IMG/VR virus record: IMGVR_UViG_3300003890_000014
Location: 48,814-112,813 of that record
Strand: one strand, 5' to 3'
Origin: a virus
DNA: 64,000 nucleotides
The position numbers and the translations under genes were made by a program. Under the pieces are notes generated by a model that did no database searches, was not told where the DNA came from, and was given only the letters and a program-made list of their open reading frames with translations. This document shows, piece after piece, positions 19,693-29,327 of the stretch (positions are counted from its first letter, which is position 1; each line of letters starts with the position of its first letter).

Positions 19693-21426
19693 TTATTTCT
19701 CTTTAGTCCTTAAAAAGTGACTCGTTACAACTGTAGTTGGTTCATTTGCACTTGTTGTTGGGCCAATAAATGTAGATTTATTATTACTGAATACTTGACC
19801 TCTAGAAACTCTAAATTCAGTATCATAAGAGGTAGCGCCTGTAGGCATCACTTCATAACTATGCGTATAGCCTTCAATATGAAATAGCTGTTTAATGTCT
19901 TCTATATATAGATTTTGACCTACTTCTACGTATTTATCCACACCATCTGTAATTATAGTGCCATTATAAAAACTATGAGATAGAAAGAACCAATCTTCAA
20001 GAAGCCAAACACAAAATTCACACATCTTTTTGATATTAAAAGTTGGATCTAAAGTATATGGAGTCTCAGCTTGAAAAGTCTTTAAGCCATACCTCTGAAT
20101 AGAGGGGGCGTTCATGCCCGCAGCATAAAGAGCCTCTACGTTTGTTTGGTCAATTTTTGGAGCTACGATAACATAATTAATACGTTCGTGATCACTAGTA
20201 CCTATATTTTTTTGTTTAATATCAGTACTTACAATTACGTGTTGAGGTAAGTTAGTAAAAAATCCCTTTAAGTTAGCATTCTTTATTGGATCTTTTTTTC
20301 CTGTCTTAGTAAACACATTTGTAATTTGACCTTCTTTATTTGAAAAGGGAACTTGACGTACTACTAATGCAGGCTGTAGTCTTCTAGTATCTTTTTCATT
20401 TGGGGCTGGTCTTGGACCAATTGGCACTAAATCCGTATACATTTCATTGATAACTGTATTTGATACAAACTCTAAGACTGACCAGATAGTTCCTGATGTA
20501 GGAAGGGCTTTAAATATACCTCTCCCAATTAAAGGTGATACACTCTTAAATCCTGTAGGAGTGTTAGTCTGAAGACCGATCCTAGAAGTATTAATAATAT
20601 CAATAAATGATCTTCCCAGATTTTTATTCTTTTGAGCTGGAGTACCTTTTAAAGTCTGAATTAAAGAATCAGGTACGTACCAATTTTCATTGGCTAAACT
20701 AGAAGCAGCAAGTTTTCCGCCAAAATAGAAATTTAAAAGTTTTTTAACAGCCTGATCAGGAGTAAATCCAGCACCTTTTAGTTGCTTAGAGGAATCTTTT
20801 AAGAACTCGGCTCCCAGCAAAGCTGCGGCAGATTTATTCACTACGGGATTGAAAAATAAATTTGTGTCAAAGACTTTACCAAAACTTCTACCTGTGATGA
20901 TATATTCAAGTCTAGGAGAAGCTGATCCTGGGTTATCTACTTCTATATATCTTACGTTTTCGATTATACCTAAAAATTTAAATCCACTATCGACTGTATT
21001 TGTCTTTACATCATCGTCAGAGATCTCACCACTTTTTTTCATATAGATTGTGATCCAATCTCCAGGATGAATTAAATCTAAATAATTGATGTTAGTAGGT
21101 TGATTGTTTCCGCCTTTAATTTCTTTTCCTCTTTTTAAAGTTAACGTAAAATTTCCAGAACTCGAACCTTTATTATTAGAGATTGTACAATTCAAAATGT
21201 CTTGTCGAATAGTGACTTTATTACGAATTGCGACATTCCGTTGATTAGAGAAAGCAGCCTTTGATCCTAGACTTTGATCATTAGCCACATTAATATTTGC
21301 CAATTTTACAATTCCTGCGTCTAGATATGGGTATATTACTACAGCACAAGAAGATCTCTGACTTCGATTAAAAGAAGTAGTTAAGGTTCCATCTTTTCTA
21401 CTTTTATTAATTATATTAACAGCCAT
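19693..21426 (-). CDS. Baseplate hub (gp27/gpD-like) protein
   Basis: SSGNFTLTL, FLGIIENV, ITGRSFGK, IQRYGLK, FHIEGYTHSY, FRVSRG motifs; follows the tape measure gene. Confidence 0.7.
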   Translation of the reverse strand: MAVNIINKSRKDGTLTTSFNRSQRSSCAVVIYPYLDAGIVKLANINVANDQSLGSKAAFSNQRNVAIRNKVTIRQDILNCTISNNKGSSSGNFTLTLKRGKEIKGGNNQPTNINYLDLIHPGDWITIYMKKSGEISDDDVKTNTVDSGFKFLGIIENVRYIEVDNPGSASPRLEYIITGRSFGKVFDTNLFFNPVVNKSAAALLGAEFLKDSSKQLKGAGFTPDQAVKKLLNFYFGGKLAASSLANENWYVPDSLIQTLKGTPAQKNKNLGRSFIDIINTSRIGLQTNTPTGFKSVSPLIGRGIFKALPTSGTIWSVLEFVSNTVINEMYTDLVPIGPRPAPNEKDTRRLQPALVVRQVPFSNKEGQITNVFTKTGKKDPIKNANLKGFFTNLPQHVIVSTDIKQKNIGTSDHERINYVIVAPKIDQTNVEALYAAGMNAPSIQRYGLKTFQAETPYTLDPTFNIKKMCEFCVWLLEDWFFLSHSFYNGTIITDGVDKYVEVGQNLYIEDIKQLFHIEGYTHSYEVMPTGATSYDTEFRVSRGQVFSNNKSTFIGPTTSANEPTTVVTSHFLRTKEK

Positions 21427-23699
21427 TATTCGCTCCTGTTAATTCCAATATTACTGTCTTGAGAGTTTAAATATGCTGTTGCTGCTTTTACTGATTTTGC
21501 AAACTCGTCAATTGCTTTTGCAGATTGATTAATACCTATTGTAAAAGTACTAAGTCCTGCTAAAGCGCGATCATTTGCAAGTACTGCTTCATTTTGAGAT
21601 AATTGAAATTCTTTAGAACTTTGAACTCCTTTTTTTGCTGATAGCATTTCTTCTTCAGCTCGTTTTTTATCTTCAGGAGTTAGTTTCATTCCTTTAACTT
21701 CTTCTAAACGAATCTGCTCTTCAGTACGAATACTACGCTCTCCGCTTGCTAACATTCTACGAAGATTAGGATCTTGAATTCCCATTTTATCCATCATGGC
21801 TTCTATTCCACCAGTTTTTCCTTCCATGATATCTTTAGTCATACCAGCGATATCAGCCTGACCGCCGCCTTTTCGTTTTGTATTAGCTAGAATTTTCTTA
21901 ACATCTTCTTCAGTAGCATCTGAACTTAAATTCATTAAAGCACCCATTGTGCCTGTATCTAATTCTGCTCCAAATTTTCTGAAGGTATCTTGAATAGCAG
22001 TTATGTTTCCTGCTCCAGCAATACCGCCTGTAGCTGTTGATTCTTGTTTAACTAAATCTGTTAAACTCTTAGCTTGTTGAAGAGAGGCGTCTGTGACTTC
22101 TCCTCCTCCAAAACCCTTAGCAAATCCTGCCATTCTATCTGTGACAGCTCCAGTATTTACTCTACCAAAACCAGCACTTTCTTGAAGATACTGCGCAGTA
22201 GTTTGAAGAAATCTACCAGATTTACTTACATCTAAACCTGCAGCTACGCCTTTCTTAAGAACTTCTACTTGTTGAGCTGTGGCATTTGATCTAGTAGTTC
22301 CTCCTGCTCCTGCAAGTGCTTCAATAGATTTTGCTCCGGTGCCAACATCTACTCCATAGAATCTTTGTTGTTCTTGAAGATTTTGTAATGCTCCCGCAGC
22401 GCCTTTATTCCCTAATATACCTCTAGCAGTGAGAAGATGTTGGAGGGTCTCTTCTGGACGATATCCTGTACTTTTAGCGCCTACAGATTGTATATCGTTA
22501 AGAACATCGGTGGGTAGGTTCCCTCCCGCCATTGCTTGCTGTCTTAATGGGGACACTCTTCTAGCTTCGTCCATCATGGCCTGAAGTGTTCTTGTCTGTT
22601 CAACATTGGCCTCTCCTGCCATATTGGACATTATCGCACTTCCGCCTAATCCACCTGTTATTACGCCTCCTATACCTCCAATTACTCCGCCTATACCCGC
22701 TCCTACGGCGGTTCCTGCTCCTGGGATAATACTTCCTATAGCGCCGCCTAACATAGCTCCGCCTTTAATTCCTAACGCTCCTCCAGCTAAGGCTCCTCCT
22801 ACTCCCCCTATTGCTTTAGGTACTAAAGATTCTCTACCCGCTTGTCTAGACGCACTCTCAATATATCTCCCTGATGCTAAATCTTCTTGCTCTCTAAATT
22901 CTCTTTCTGCATAAAGCTTTTTTAGACCATAAAATGCTGATCCTGCGCCAGTAATTGCAACTCCTGCTTGAAGCATTCCAGAGGGATTGAATCCTTGAAG
23001 AGCTTGACCTAAAGCTCCAATCCTTCTTCCACCATCTTGTGAATTTGTAAACTTGTCCATTGCTGAAGCAAAATCAGATGGAGTCTGAGAATAATCAGAT
23101 CCATACATTCTTTCGTTCTTAGCAATTTTATTTTGAATATGATTTTGAAGTTTCTCTCTGAGAGCTGCTTGTCGTTTATTTACGTCTTCGACTTCTTTTG
23201 CTCGTTTAGCTCGTACTACTTCAAGATGTTTTAATTCATCTTTTCTTAATTTTTCAGCATTTCGTTCTGCGGCTTTTGCAGCTTTTGCTGCAGCACGCTC
23301 TTGTGCCTTCTCGGATTTAGCTTGAATTTTTTCTTCTTCTTTTTGCTTCTTATCAGCAAGTTTTGTTATTCGTTGATTTTCAAGGTAATCTAAGTGTTTC
23401 TTTTCATCTGCTGGAGTATCATAAATTTTACCAGTCTGTTTGTTAAAAGTTTGTCCTGATCTTACATTATAATATCTGCCTGTATTTTCATTAAAAACTC
23501 GTTCAATATCCTTCTTCATTTTAGAAGTAGCTTTAGTGAGTTCAACGGCAGCAGTACGGGCGCCGTCAGCAATAGCTTTACTCATACCGCTAGGATCAAT
23601 TTGCTTTTGAGTAGATAGACCTGCTTCTGCGGCTTTACGCATCTCTTCCGGTAAACCCGAGGCATCTAATTTGACTGATAATTTAATTTCTTTTGCCAT
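21426..23699 (-). CDS. Tail tape measure protein
   Basis: 757 aa helical, Ala/Gly/Lys-rich with a glycine-zipper segment (GAMLGGAIGSIIPGAGTAVGAGIGG); after the tube and chaperones. Confidence 0.8.
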   Translation of the reverse strand: MAKEIKLSVKLDASGLPEEMRKAAEAGLSTQKQIDPSGMSKAIADGARTAAVELTKATSKMKKDIERVFNENTGRYYNVRSGQTFNKQTGKIYDTPADEKKHLDYLENQRITKLADKKQKEEEKIQAKSEKAQERAAAKAAKAAERNAEKLRKDELKHLEVVRAKRAKEVEDVNKRQAALREKLQNHIQNKIAKNERMYGSDYSQTPSDFASAMDKFTNSQDGGRRIGALGQALQGFNPSGMLQAGVAITGAGSAFYGLKKLYAEREFREQEDLASGRYIESASRQAGRESLVPKAIGGVGGALAGGALGIKGGAMLGGAIGSIIPGAGTAVGAGIGGVIGGIGGVITGGLGGSAIMSNMAGEANVEQTRTLQAMMDEARRVSPLRQQAMAGGNLPTDVLNDIQSVGAKSTGYRPEETLQHLLTARGILGNKGAAGALQNLQEQQRFYGVDVGTGAKSIEALAGAGGTTRSNATAQQVEVLKKGVAAGLDVSKSGRFLQTTAQYLQESAGFGRVNTGAVTDRMAGFAKGFGGGEVTDASLQQAKSLTDLVKQESTATGGIAGAGNITAIQDTFRKFGAELDTGTMGALMNLSSDATEEDVKKILANTKRKGGGQADIAGMTKDIMEGKTGGIEAMMDKMGIQDPNLRRMLASGERSIRTEEQIRLEEVKGMKLTPEDKKRAEEEMLSAKKGVQSSKEFQLSQNEAVLANDRALAGLSTFTIGINQSAKAIDEFAKSVKAATAYLNSQDSNIGINRSE

Positions 23700-23701
23700 T
23701 A

Positions 23702-24121
23702 CTAATCCTTATCATTTCCCAGAACTGAAAAATCGGTGGTTATTTTATCTGGGTATTGGTTTTTTACTGCTTCTACTTCTCTAAGATCTTCTTCTTCTGC
23801 AGCTTGAGCTAAAGCAATCATCTCTTCTGGAGACTGATAATCTTCACCCATTTCACGTTTAAGCCATTCTTCATAATTTTCAGCATCAGGATTTAACTCC
23901 TCAGATAGATTAGGCTCTTCTCTGAGTCTATGCATTTGCCTTAGAATTAGGAGTTCTTCTAGGGTCATACTCATAAGTTTATCATCGTTTGGCGGGACGT
24001 TATATTGAAAACAATACCAATTAGATAAGGCTTGCTCTAGCCCATCAAAGGTGGCTAAATTAGGATTAAGTTGATCATAAGCAAGCTTTAAGAATCGCTT
24101 ACTAACATCATACTTCTTCAT
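23702..24121 (-). CDS. Tail assembly chaperone (downstream/T-like)
   Basis: WYCFQYNVPPNDDKLMSMTLEE, acidic; canonical position before the tape measure. Confidence 0.65.
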   Translation of the reverse strand: MKKYDVSKRFLKLAYDQLNPNLATFDGLEQALSNWYCFQYNVPPNDDKLMSMTLEELLILRQMHRLREEPNLSEELNPDAENYEEWLKREMGEDYQSPEEMIALAQAAEEEDLREVEAVKNQYPDKITTDFSVLGNDKD

Positions 24122-24123
24122 AA

Positions 24124-24516
24124 CTATTTCTCTTCTTTTTTAGCTTCTTCTTTCTTTTCGTCTCCGCCCCAAACTTTCTCAAACCATTCATTTTCAAAGT
24201 TAGTACAAGCTTTAAAAATTTCAAAAATCACATTAACATCATATAGTTCGTAGCCGAAGTCTGATTTCTGCCACCATTCAGGTGATTTAATTAAAGTGTG
24301 TCTAAGAGATGCAAGAATACGGTGAACTAGAAGAGTGTCTTCATCTAGACCTTTGAGTTCTTCGTTAAGACGGGCGGTAGTCTTAGCGATCTCAGATTTC
24401 ATTCGTTGATTGGGGCGTTTATAAGTAAAAGTACCATCGAACTGTTGGGCTGTTTCTGACCCTTTTATATTGATGGTAAAAGTATGCTCCATAGATGGAA
24501 GCGTTTTAATTGACAT
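24124..24516 (-). CDS. Tail assembly chaperone (upstream/G-like)
   Basis: FDGTFTYKRP...KSPEWW; between tube and tape measure; good SD AAGGAG. Confidence 0.65.
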   Translation of the reverse strand: MSIKTLPSMEHTFTINIKGSETAQQFDGTFTYKRPNQRMKSEIAKTTARLNEELKGLDEDTLLVHRILASLRHTLIKSPEWWQKSDFGYELYDVNVIFEIFKACTNFENEWFEKVWGGDEKKEEAKKEEK

Positions 24517-24582
24517 TTTAGTATTCTCCTTATTTTTTTATTTTTAATTTCATTATACCACAGCCTAATCCTAGTATAAATG

Positions 24583-24646
24583 AAAAAGGCCATTAGGTCA
24601 AGAAACTGATCCAACGGCCTTAAAAAAGTGGGGAGGATACCACTTT
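24583..24646 (-). terminator. Tandem hairpins / intrinsic terminator after the tail tube gene
   Basis: On the minus strand AAAGTGG..CCACTTT-TTT, then AAGGCCGTTGG..CTAATGGCCTT-TTT. Confidence 0.7.
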
Positions 24647-24663
24647 GAGGGATAATTTACTAC

Positions 24664-25077
24664 TTACGGTCCAGCTTCATCAGATTGCTTAATGCCGACG
24701 AATGAGAGCGTCATTTGAGCTAGTGATCTAGCATCGACGTTCATGTCTTCCTGAGTACATTTTACTCGTTCGATTAAGAACAAGGTTTGACCTGTAATTC
24801 TATCGATAAGTTCAGCGGTTAACTCAGGCTGAGTTAGAATATTTTGAAGTTTAGGTCGAAGTCCGATACTAATGGCCGACTGATTTGATACTCTAAACAT
24901 GGTACAACTGAAATTAACAGTGTATCCAGTTTCAGCGTATTCAGCTGGTTCTAGTTGATCCAGGACATCTACTGGTTGGTGTGCATGAGCAACAGTATAA
25001 TTCAAAGCATTAGCGAAAGCTACCTTTCGACCATTGACTCGGAATACTACTCTTGCGCCTGACGATGTTTGACTCAT
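24664..25077 (-). CDS. Tail tube protein
   Basis: MSQTSSGARVVFRVNGRKV...EPAEYAETGYTVNFSC; ~137 aa; downstream of the sheath; SD AAGGAG before ATG 25077. Confidence 0.8.
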   Translation of the reverse strand: MSQTSSGARVVFRVNGRKVAFANALNYTVAHAHQPVDVLDQLEPAEYAETGYTVNFSCTMFRVSNQSAISIGLRPKLQNILTQPELTAELIDRITGQTLFLIERVKCTQEDMNVDARSLAQMTLSFVGIKQSDEAGP

Positions 25078-25148
25078 TTTATTTTTCTCCTTATACAACC
25101 CTCATGTTAAAACAGGCGAGGGGTTACGATCTTTTTGCCTATTGTTTA

Positions 25149-25430
25149 TTAACTTTCGATATCACTCTTCAATTGTGCTGCTGCATCTTTCGTAATCATC
25201 ATGTTTTTAAGAGCACGATAAGAACGATCACTAATACTGCCAGAGGCTGCATCAATGGCTGCTGCGATATCGTCAGCGGCTTTTTTATCAGCTATGGCAA
25301 TCTCAAGTTCTCTTTTAGCTTTCTTATCTAGAGTAGCGTCAGCGGCAATTGCAGCGACCAATCGGTCAGCAGCAGCTTTGCTGCCCATTGCTTCATCTAG
25401 AATCAATTTCTGTTTCTTACTTAAAGCCAT
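25149..25430 (-). CDS. Small Ala-rich three-repeat protein between sheath and tube
   Basis: Three ~31-aa helical repeats (K.AAD..AAI); strong SD GGAG. Confidence 0.7.
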   Translation of the reverse strand: MALSKKQKLILDEAMGSKAAADRLVAAIAADATLDKKAKRELEIAIADKKAADDIAAAIDAASGSISDRSYRALKNMMITKDAAAQLKSDIES

Positions 25431-25442
25431 TTTTTTCTCCTA

Positions 25443-27242
25443 TTAAGCAGACTGCCTAATGTTATCCAAAGTAATTCGGTTTAATACGAAATCGATTCCT
25501 TGAACTGGAGTTATAGTGATGTCAACATTAGCTACATTTCCACTAAGGCTAACAGTCAGATCTTTCCAACCAAGGTTATTATTAGTGTCATCACCTACAA
25601 GCAATTCTTCTCGCAGAAAGGTTGACATAATAGAGATAACAGTATTTTTAATTGCTTCAGCGGTTCCGGTTTTAGCTTTCTCACCAACAAAAATTGCTTC
25701 GAGTTGCTGTCTAAGATTATAAGCAACTGTATCAGCAGCAGCAAGAACATGTGGCCTGTTAAAAACAAAATTAGCGTCTTTGCTATAAGTAGAATTATGA
25801 AGAACTACTCGGAAACCACCGCTATCAACTTCTTCAAGAGCAATTAAACCACTATCGATTGCAAGTTCAACTTGTGTTCGAGGATTGAAATCTTCATGTG
25901 AAATACCATTAGCATTCAAAAGTTTGAATGTTGCAGGAGTTCCAACTGGCATACCAGCTTGCATTCCAGCTACCATACACGCAGCTGCCCAAGGCTCTTC
26001 AGTTTTGATAGAACCATCAGAACCAAGAATATCTACATCTTGGAAAAGCATAGAAGCTCTTTCGTGATTAAGATCAAGAGAAGCATCTTGAGTATTTGCG
26101 AATGTATCTTTTATAGATACATAACAATTTCTTTCACTTCTATTCTTAGTGTTTGAGGCTAAGATACAATGTGTAACAGCCTGAAGATTTACAGAATCTA
26201 TATCAAAAGTAGAAGCTGCGTCGGTCTTTCCTTCAGCTGCTAAATCAGCAGCATCTCTCGAAATAAGAGGAACGACGATATTACAACGAGAAGCTAAAAG
26301 GGCATCGAAACCGTCTTGGAAATCACTATTAGCAGAAGCACCTTTTACTCCGCCAGTCATAAACTTTTTGGCTTGAGTAGCAATAGTACCTTCTACATCA
26401 GCGATTGAAACAGCTTCAATTAAGCTTGATTCGCCATTGATAATATCTAGTAACTCTTTTTGTTGAGCACGAAGAGTTTTAGGAGTAGTTTTAATATCAA
26501 GAGGAGTAGAAATTGGATCAAGATCAATAGCTGGTTTAGAAGCGGCTAATTTATAAGTTGTAGTGCAGGTATAAGCAGTATGATTATCTACTAAATCCAC
26601 GATATCCTGAATACTCTTATTTGCAAGAGGGATTGAAAGGTTATCAGCTGCGCCTGTCACAGTAATATCAAAAGATCCGCCCTGAATGTCAAGAGTAGCG
26701 GCACTGCCTGCACCAGTATATTGGATTACCAACATTGGAGCATAAGCATTTTCAGAAAGAACTTCTTTCTTAGAACCTTTTTGTACAGTAATGATTCGTG
26801 CATTAACATTTACAATACCTGCATCAATTTTTACACTAATTAAGCTTTCGTCTTCTCCCCAGTTTTTTGAATTAAGGGTGAATAAATTTGCAAGGGCTGC
26901 GTTCTTAAGGGTCATCGAAGCTTGAGTAGATTGATTCGTTTTATAAACTCGAATCACTGAAGCACCATTAACAACTCGTGCATCACGAGCTGGAGATACT
27001 AGTAATCTAGCTGCATCTACAATCGGTCCAGATTTATATTTATCAGAGAGGGCTGCGATGTCCTCACTCGTAAAGGTTTGAACTCCTTCTTCAGATCCAG
27101 GTGCACCACCATCGGCTTCACCGATGATTGCAACGATTCCCGTTTGTGAAAGAGGAAAACCTCCAGTCAAATTTACTTTAGTCTCAGAATATGCACCAGG
27201 CTTCCTAATGTTAGCACCAGCAAAATTTATATTAATTGCCAT
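25443..27242 (-). CDS. Tail sheath protein
   Basis: IRKPGAYS...VAIIGEADGGAPG N-terminus; C-terminal VDITITPVQGIDFV; 599 aa, SPO1/Twort-like sheath. Confidence 0.9.
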   Translation of the reverse strand: MAININFAGANIRKPGAYSETKVNLTGGFPLSQTGIVAIIGEADGGAPGSEEGVQTFTSEDIAALSDKYKSGPIVDAARLLVSPARDARVVNGASVIRVYKTNQSTQASMTLKNAALANLFTLNSKNWGEDESLISVKIDAGIVNVNARIITVQKGSKKEVLSENAYAPMLVIQYTGAGSAATLDIQGGSFDITVTGAADNLSIPLANKSIQDIVDLVDNHTAYTCTTTYKLAASKPAIDLDPISTPLDIKTTPKTLRAQQKELLDIINGESSLIEAVSIADVEGTIATQAKKFMTGGVKGASANSDFQDGFDALLASRCNIVVPLISRDAADLAAEGKTDAASTFDIDSVNLQAVTHCILASNTKNRSERNCYVSIKDTFANTQDASLDLNHERASMLFQDVDILGSDGSIKTEEPWAAACMVAGMQAGMPVGTPATFKLLNANGISHEDFNPRTQVELAIDSGLIALEEVDSGGFRVVLHNSTYSKDANFVFNRPHVLAAADTVAYNLRQQLEAIFVGEKAKTGTAEAIKNTVISIMSTFLREELLVGDDTNNNLGWKDLTVSLSGNVANVDITITPVQGIDFVLNRITLDNIRQSA

Positions 27243-27258
27243 TTCAAGCTCCTATGTA

Positions 27259-27510
27259 TTAATAGCGTTTAAAAATTTTATCAAAATCTTCTTCCGTAGC
27301 TTCGTCAAGTTCGTTATTCTCAGCATATTTTTTCATTGGCGCTTTATGATGTGCTCGAATTTTTGAATTCCTCTTCATAAGCAGTTGAAAATATACATCA
27401 AAACTTAGAACTCTTTTAGTAGGTTTAGAAGTTTTTTTCTCTTCTGACTCTACTATTACTTCGCTATTTTCGTCTACTATATTTTTTTTATGAGACTTTT
27501 CAATTCCCAT
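27259..27510 (-). CDS. Hypothetical protein
   Basis: 83 aa co-oriented ORF with SD-like GGAG/AGGA. Confidence 0.6.
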   Translation of the reverse strand: MGIEKSHKKNIVDENSEVIVESEEKKTSKPTKRVLSFDVYFQLLMKRNSKIRAHHKAPMKKYAENNELDEATEEDFDKIFKRY

Positions 27511-27556
27511 TATATCCTACTCCATTATTATATACTACAAAACTTAATTATTTCAT

Positions 27557-27721
27557 TTAATCTGAAATGTCGGTGATAACAACAGTTTCCTCACTATCAG
27601 GTTTAGGAGATGGTACTCTTAATGTCAGATCAAAACAGTCAAGTTTGTTATGTTTTCTTAAGTTGTCTTTTGCCCACAGTAGTTGTAGATTATCTAATCC
27701 CCAATTAGTACAGACTTTCAT
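27557..27721 (-). pseudogene. Collapsed HNH endonuclease relic fused in frame to a displaced copy of the upstream gene's C-terminus (54 aa)
   Basis: MKVCT-NWGLDNLQLLWAKDNLRKHNKL-DCFDLTLRVPSPKPDSEETVVITDISD*; the first half matches the HNH start and end motifs of 9748-10332, the second half duplicates the end of 27725-28654. Confidence 0.8.
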
Positions 27722-27724
27722 ATA

Positions 27725-28654
27725 TTACTCGTCAGACGTATTTGTTATCACTATAGTATCCTCACTATCGGGTTTTGGGGCTGGCACTTTTAACGTAAGG
27801 TCGAAACAATCAACAAGGTTGACTTCAGCCTGATCCCAGTCGAACTCCGTTATACAGTTCACATCTATATATCTACTAAACACATTCTCCCCCGAGAACG
27901 TATCCTCTCTATCAAATATACTAGCAGTTCCTCGGTCTAAATGCAATCCCCTGTTAATCATAGAATCTTGTCTAGATTTAAGAATATACATGACTATATA
28001 ATACAGGTACTTAGCAATATGAATGTCATCTTTTGCATGACAGCCTAAACGTATAGTTTCTCGAAGCCTAATCATTCGTCTTTCAGTACGCTTAAAATCA
28101 ATCCAGCTCTCTATTCTGCCACCTGCTGCTAAACTAGGTTCCATACCAGAGCCTATATTGATAAATTTATTTCCTGACAAATTGCTGTTGCCAGGTTTTA
28201 TATCGAACTTAGTTCCTAACGAATCCACAAAAATAAGATTTGGACATACCCCGCTTAAGTCTGCAGCGTTTATAATTGTCAATTTCCCTGTTAGAGTATC
28301 ATAAGTTCCAGGATCGACTACAGGTACAATTACGGTAGGAGTCTTATCTTCTTCTTCATCTAAGTACTCATTTCCTAGATTCTGAATTCCCTCAGACTCA
28401 TCTGCACGAATAAGTTGAATTGATATGCACGGTATGACGGTTTGAATCATGGAATGCGACTGAGTGAGTTTAATTTGATTATTTTGAATGTAAGTCTTTA
28501 GGCGAGTAATTTGAGTTATTCCAAATTGATTGATGAAATGTGCTTCTGTAAAACGACTGAATAGATCGTCTAATTTATTGGGATTAGTTTTAAGATCTCC
28601 TAATCCATCTCTGAGTACGGTTTCGATTACAAATTCTGTTAATGGAGCGCCCAT
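27725..28654 (-). CDS. Tail completion/terminator-like neck protein
   Basis: 309 aa; IPCISIQLIRADE motif; position between neck genes and sheath. Confidence 0.55.
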   Translation of the reverse strand: MGAPLTEFVIETVLRDGLGDLKTNPNKLDDLFSRFTEAHFINQFGITQITRLKTYIQNNQIKLTQSHSMIQTVIPCISIQLIRADESEGIQNLGNEYLDEEEDKTPTVIVPVVDPGTYDTLTGKLTIINAADLSGVCPNLIFVDSLGTKFDIKPGNSNLSGNKFINIGSGMEPSLAAGGRIESWIDFKRTERRMIRLRETIRLGCHAKDDIHIAKYLYYIVMYILKSRQDSMINRGLHLDRGTASIFDREDTFSGENVFSRYIDVNCITEFDWDQAEVNLVDCFDLTLKVPAPKPDSEDTIVITNTSDE

Positions 28655-28656
28655 TT

Positions 28657-29325
28657 TTATCCTTCCAACCTTTGTCTAATAACTTCTTCTAGATTCTCAT
28701 TTATAAAATCCTCTAAATCTTCAAATATCTTGGCTCCGCTAAATCCACTCCAGGGATCTGAATTATCAGAGATTCTTTTAATAGCTAAGTAAGATATTGC
28801 TCCAGAAGTGAGATTTTGTGATTTTAAAATATCCTCAATTCTATTTACAGTCACTTTTTTAGCTTCTGGTTTTTTCATTCCAGGACTAGAAAAATGAGCA
28901 ATGATATCTTGAGCATTTTTGGGATTAAAAGATTTGGCTGAAATTTTTTGTCCTGACTTAGTAACTAAATTATCGGCATCTTTTGCAAATGGGACATCGA
29001 CATATCTCTTACCATTCTCTTTATTATACTTTGCTCTAGCGCCATTTAAAATGGCGTCAGAAACTTCACCTTCTGCAAATCCATCTTCCATCCATAAAGC
29101 GAGTTTTCCATCGATTCTAATTAAAAATTCTCCAGGATTCACTTCATTAATTTCAAATCCATTATTCCAGTGTTGTTTTGCGGAATCAGATTTAAGATTA
29201 GTTTCTACAAGATGTCCTGCTTCAGCTTTAATTTGACGAGTAAATTCAGAAGTAGCTTCAGCAATAGCTTCTTCAACTTCTCTAGTAAGTTCTTCAGGAG
29301 TTTTGTCAAATTTAAACTTAAACAT
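28657..29325 (-). CDS. Neck/head-tail joining protein (HK97 gp10-like)
   Basis: LALWMEDG...GKRYVDVPF...SDNSDPWSG motifs typical of large-myovirus neck proteins. Confidence 0.55.
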   Translation of the reverse strand: MFKFKFDKTPEELTREVEEAIAEATSEFTRQIKAEAGHLVETNLKSDSAKQHWNNGFEINEVNPGEFLIRIDGKLALWMEDGFAEGEVSDAILNGARAKYNKENGKRYVDVPFAKDADNLVTKSGQKISAKSFNPKNAQDIIAHFSSPGMKKPEAKKVTVNRIEDILKSQNLTSGAISYLAIKRISDNSDPWSGFSGAKIFEDLEDFINENLEEVIRQRLEG

Positions 29326-29327
29326 AA

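Noticed and set aside
17504-27811. Diversity-generating retroelement (TR/VR) explanation for the two duplications
   Set aside because: No reverse transcriptase in the window; the 27.6 kb differences are synonymous and not adenine-specific, and the 17.5 kb pair has a single mismatch.
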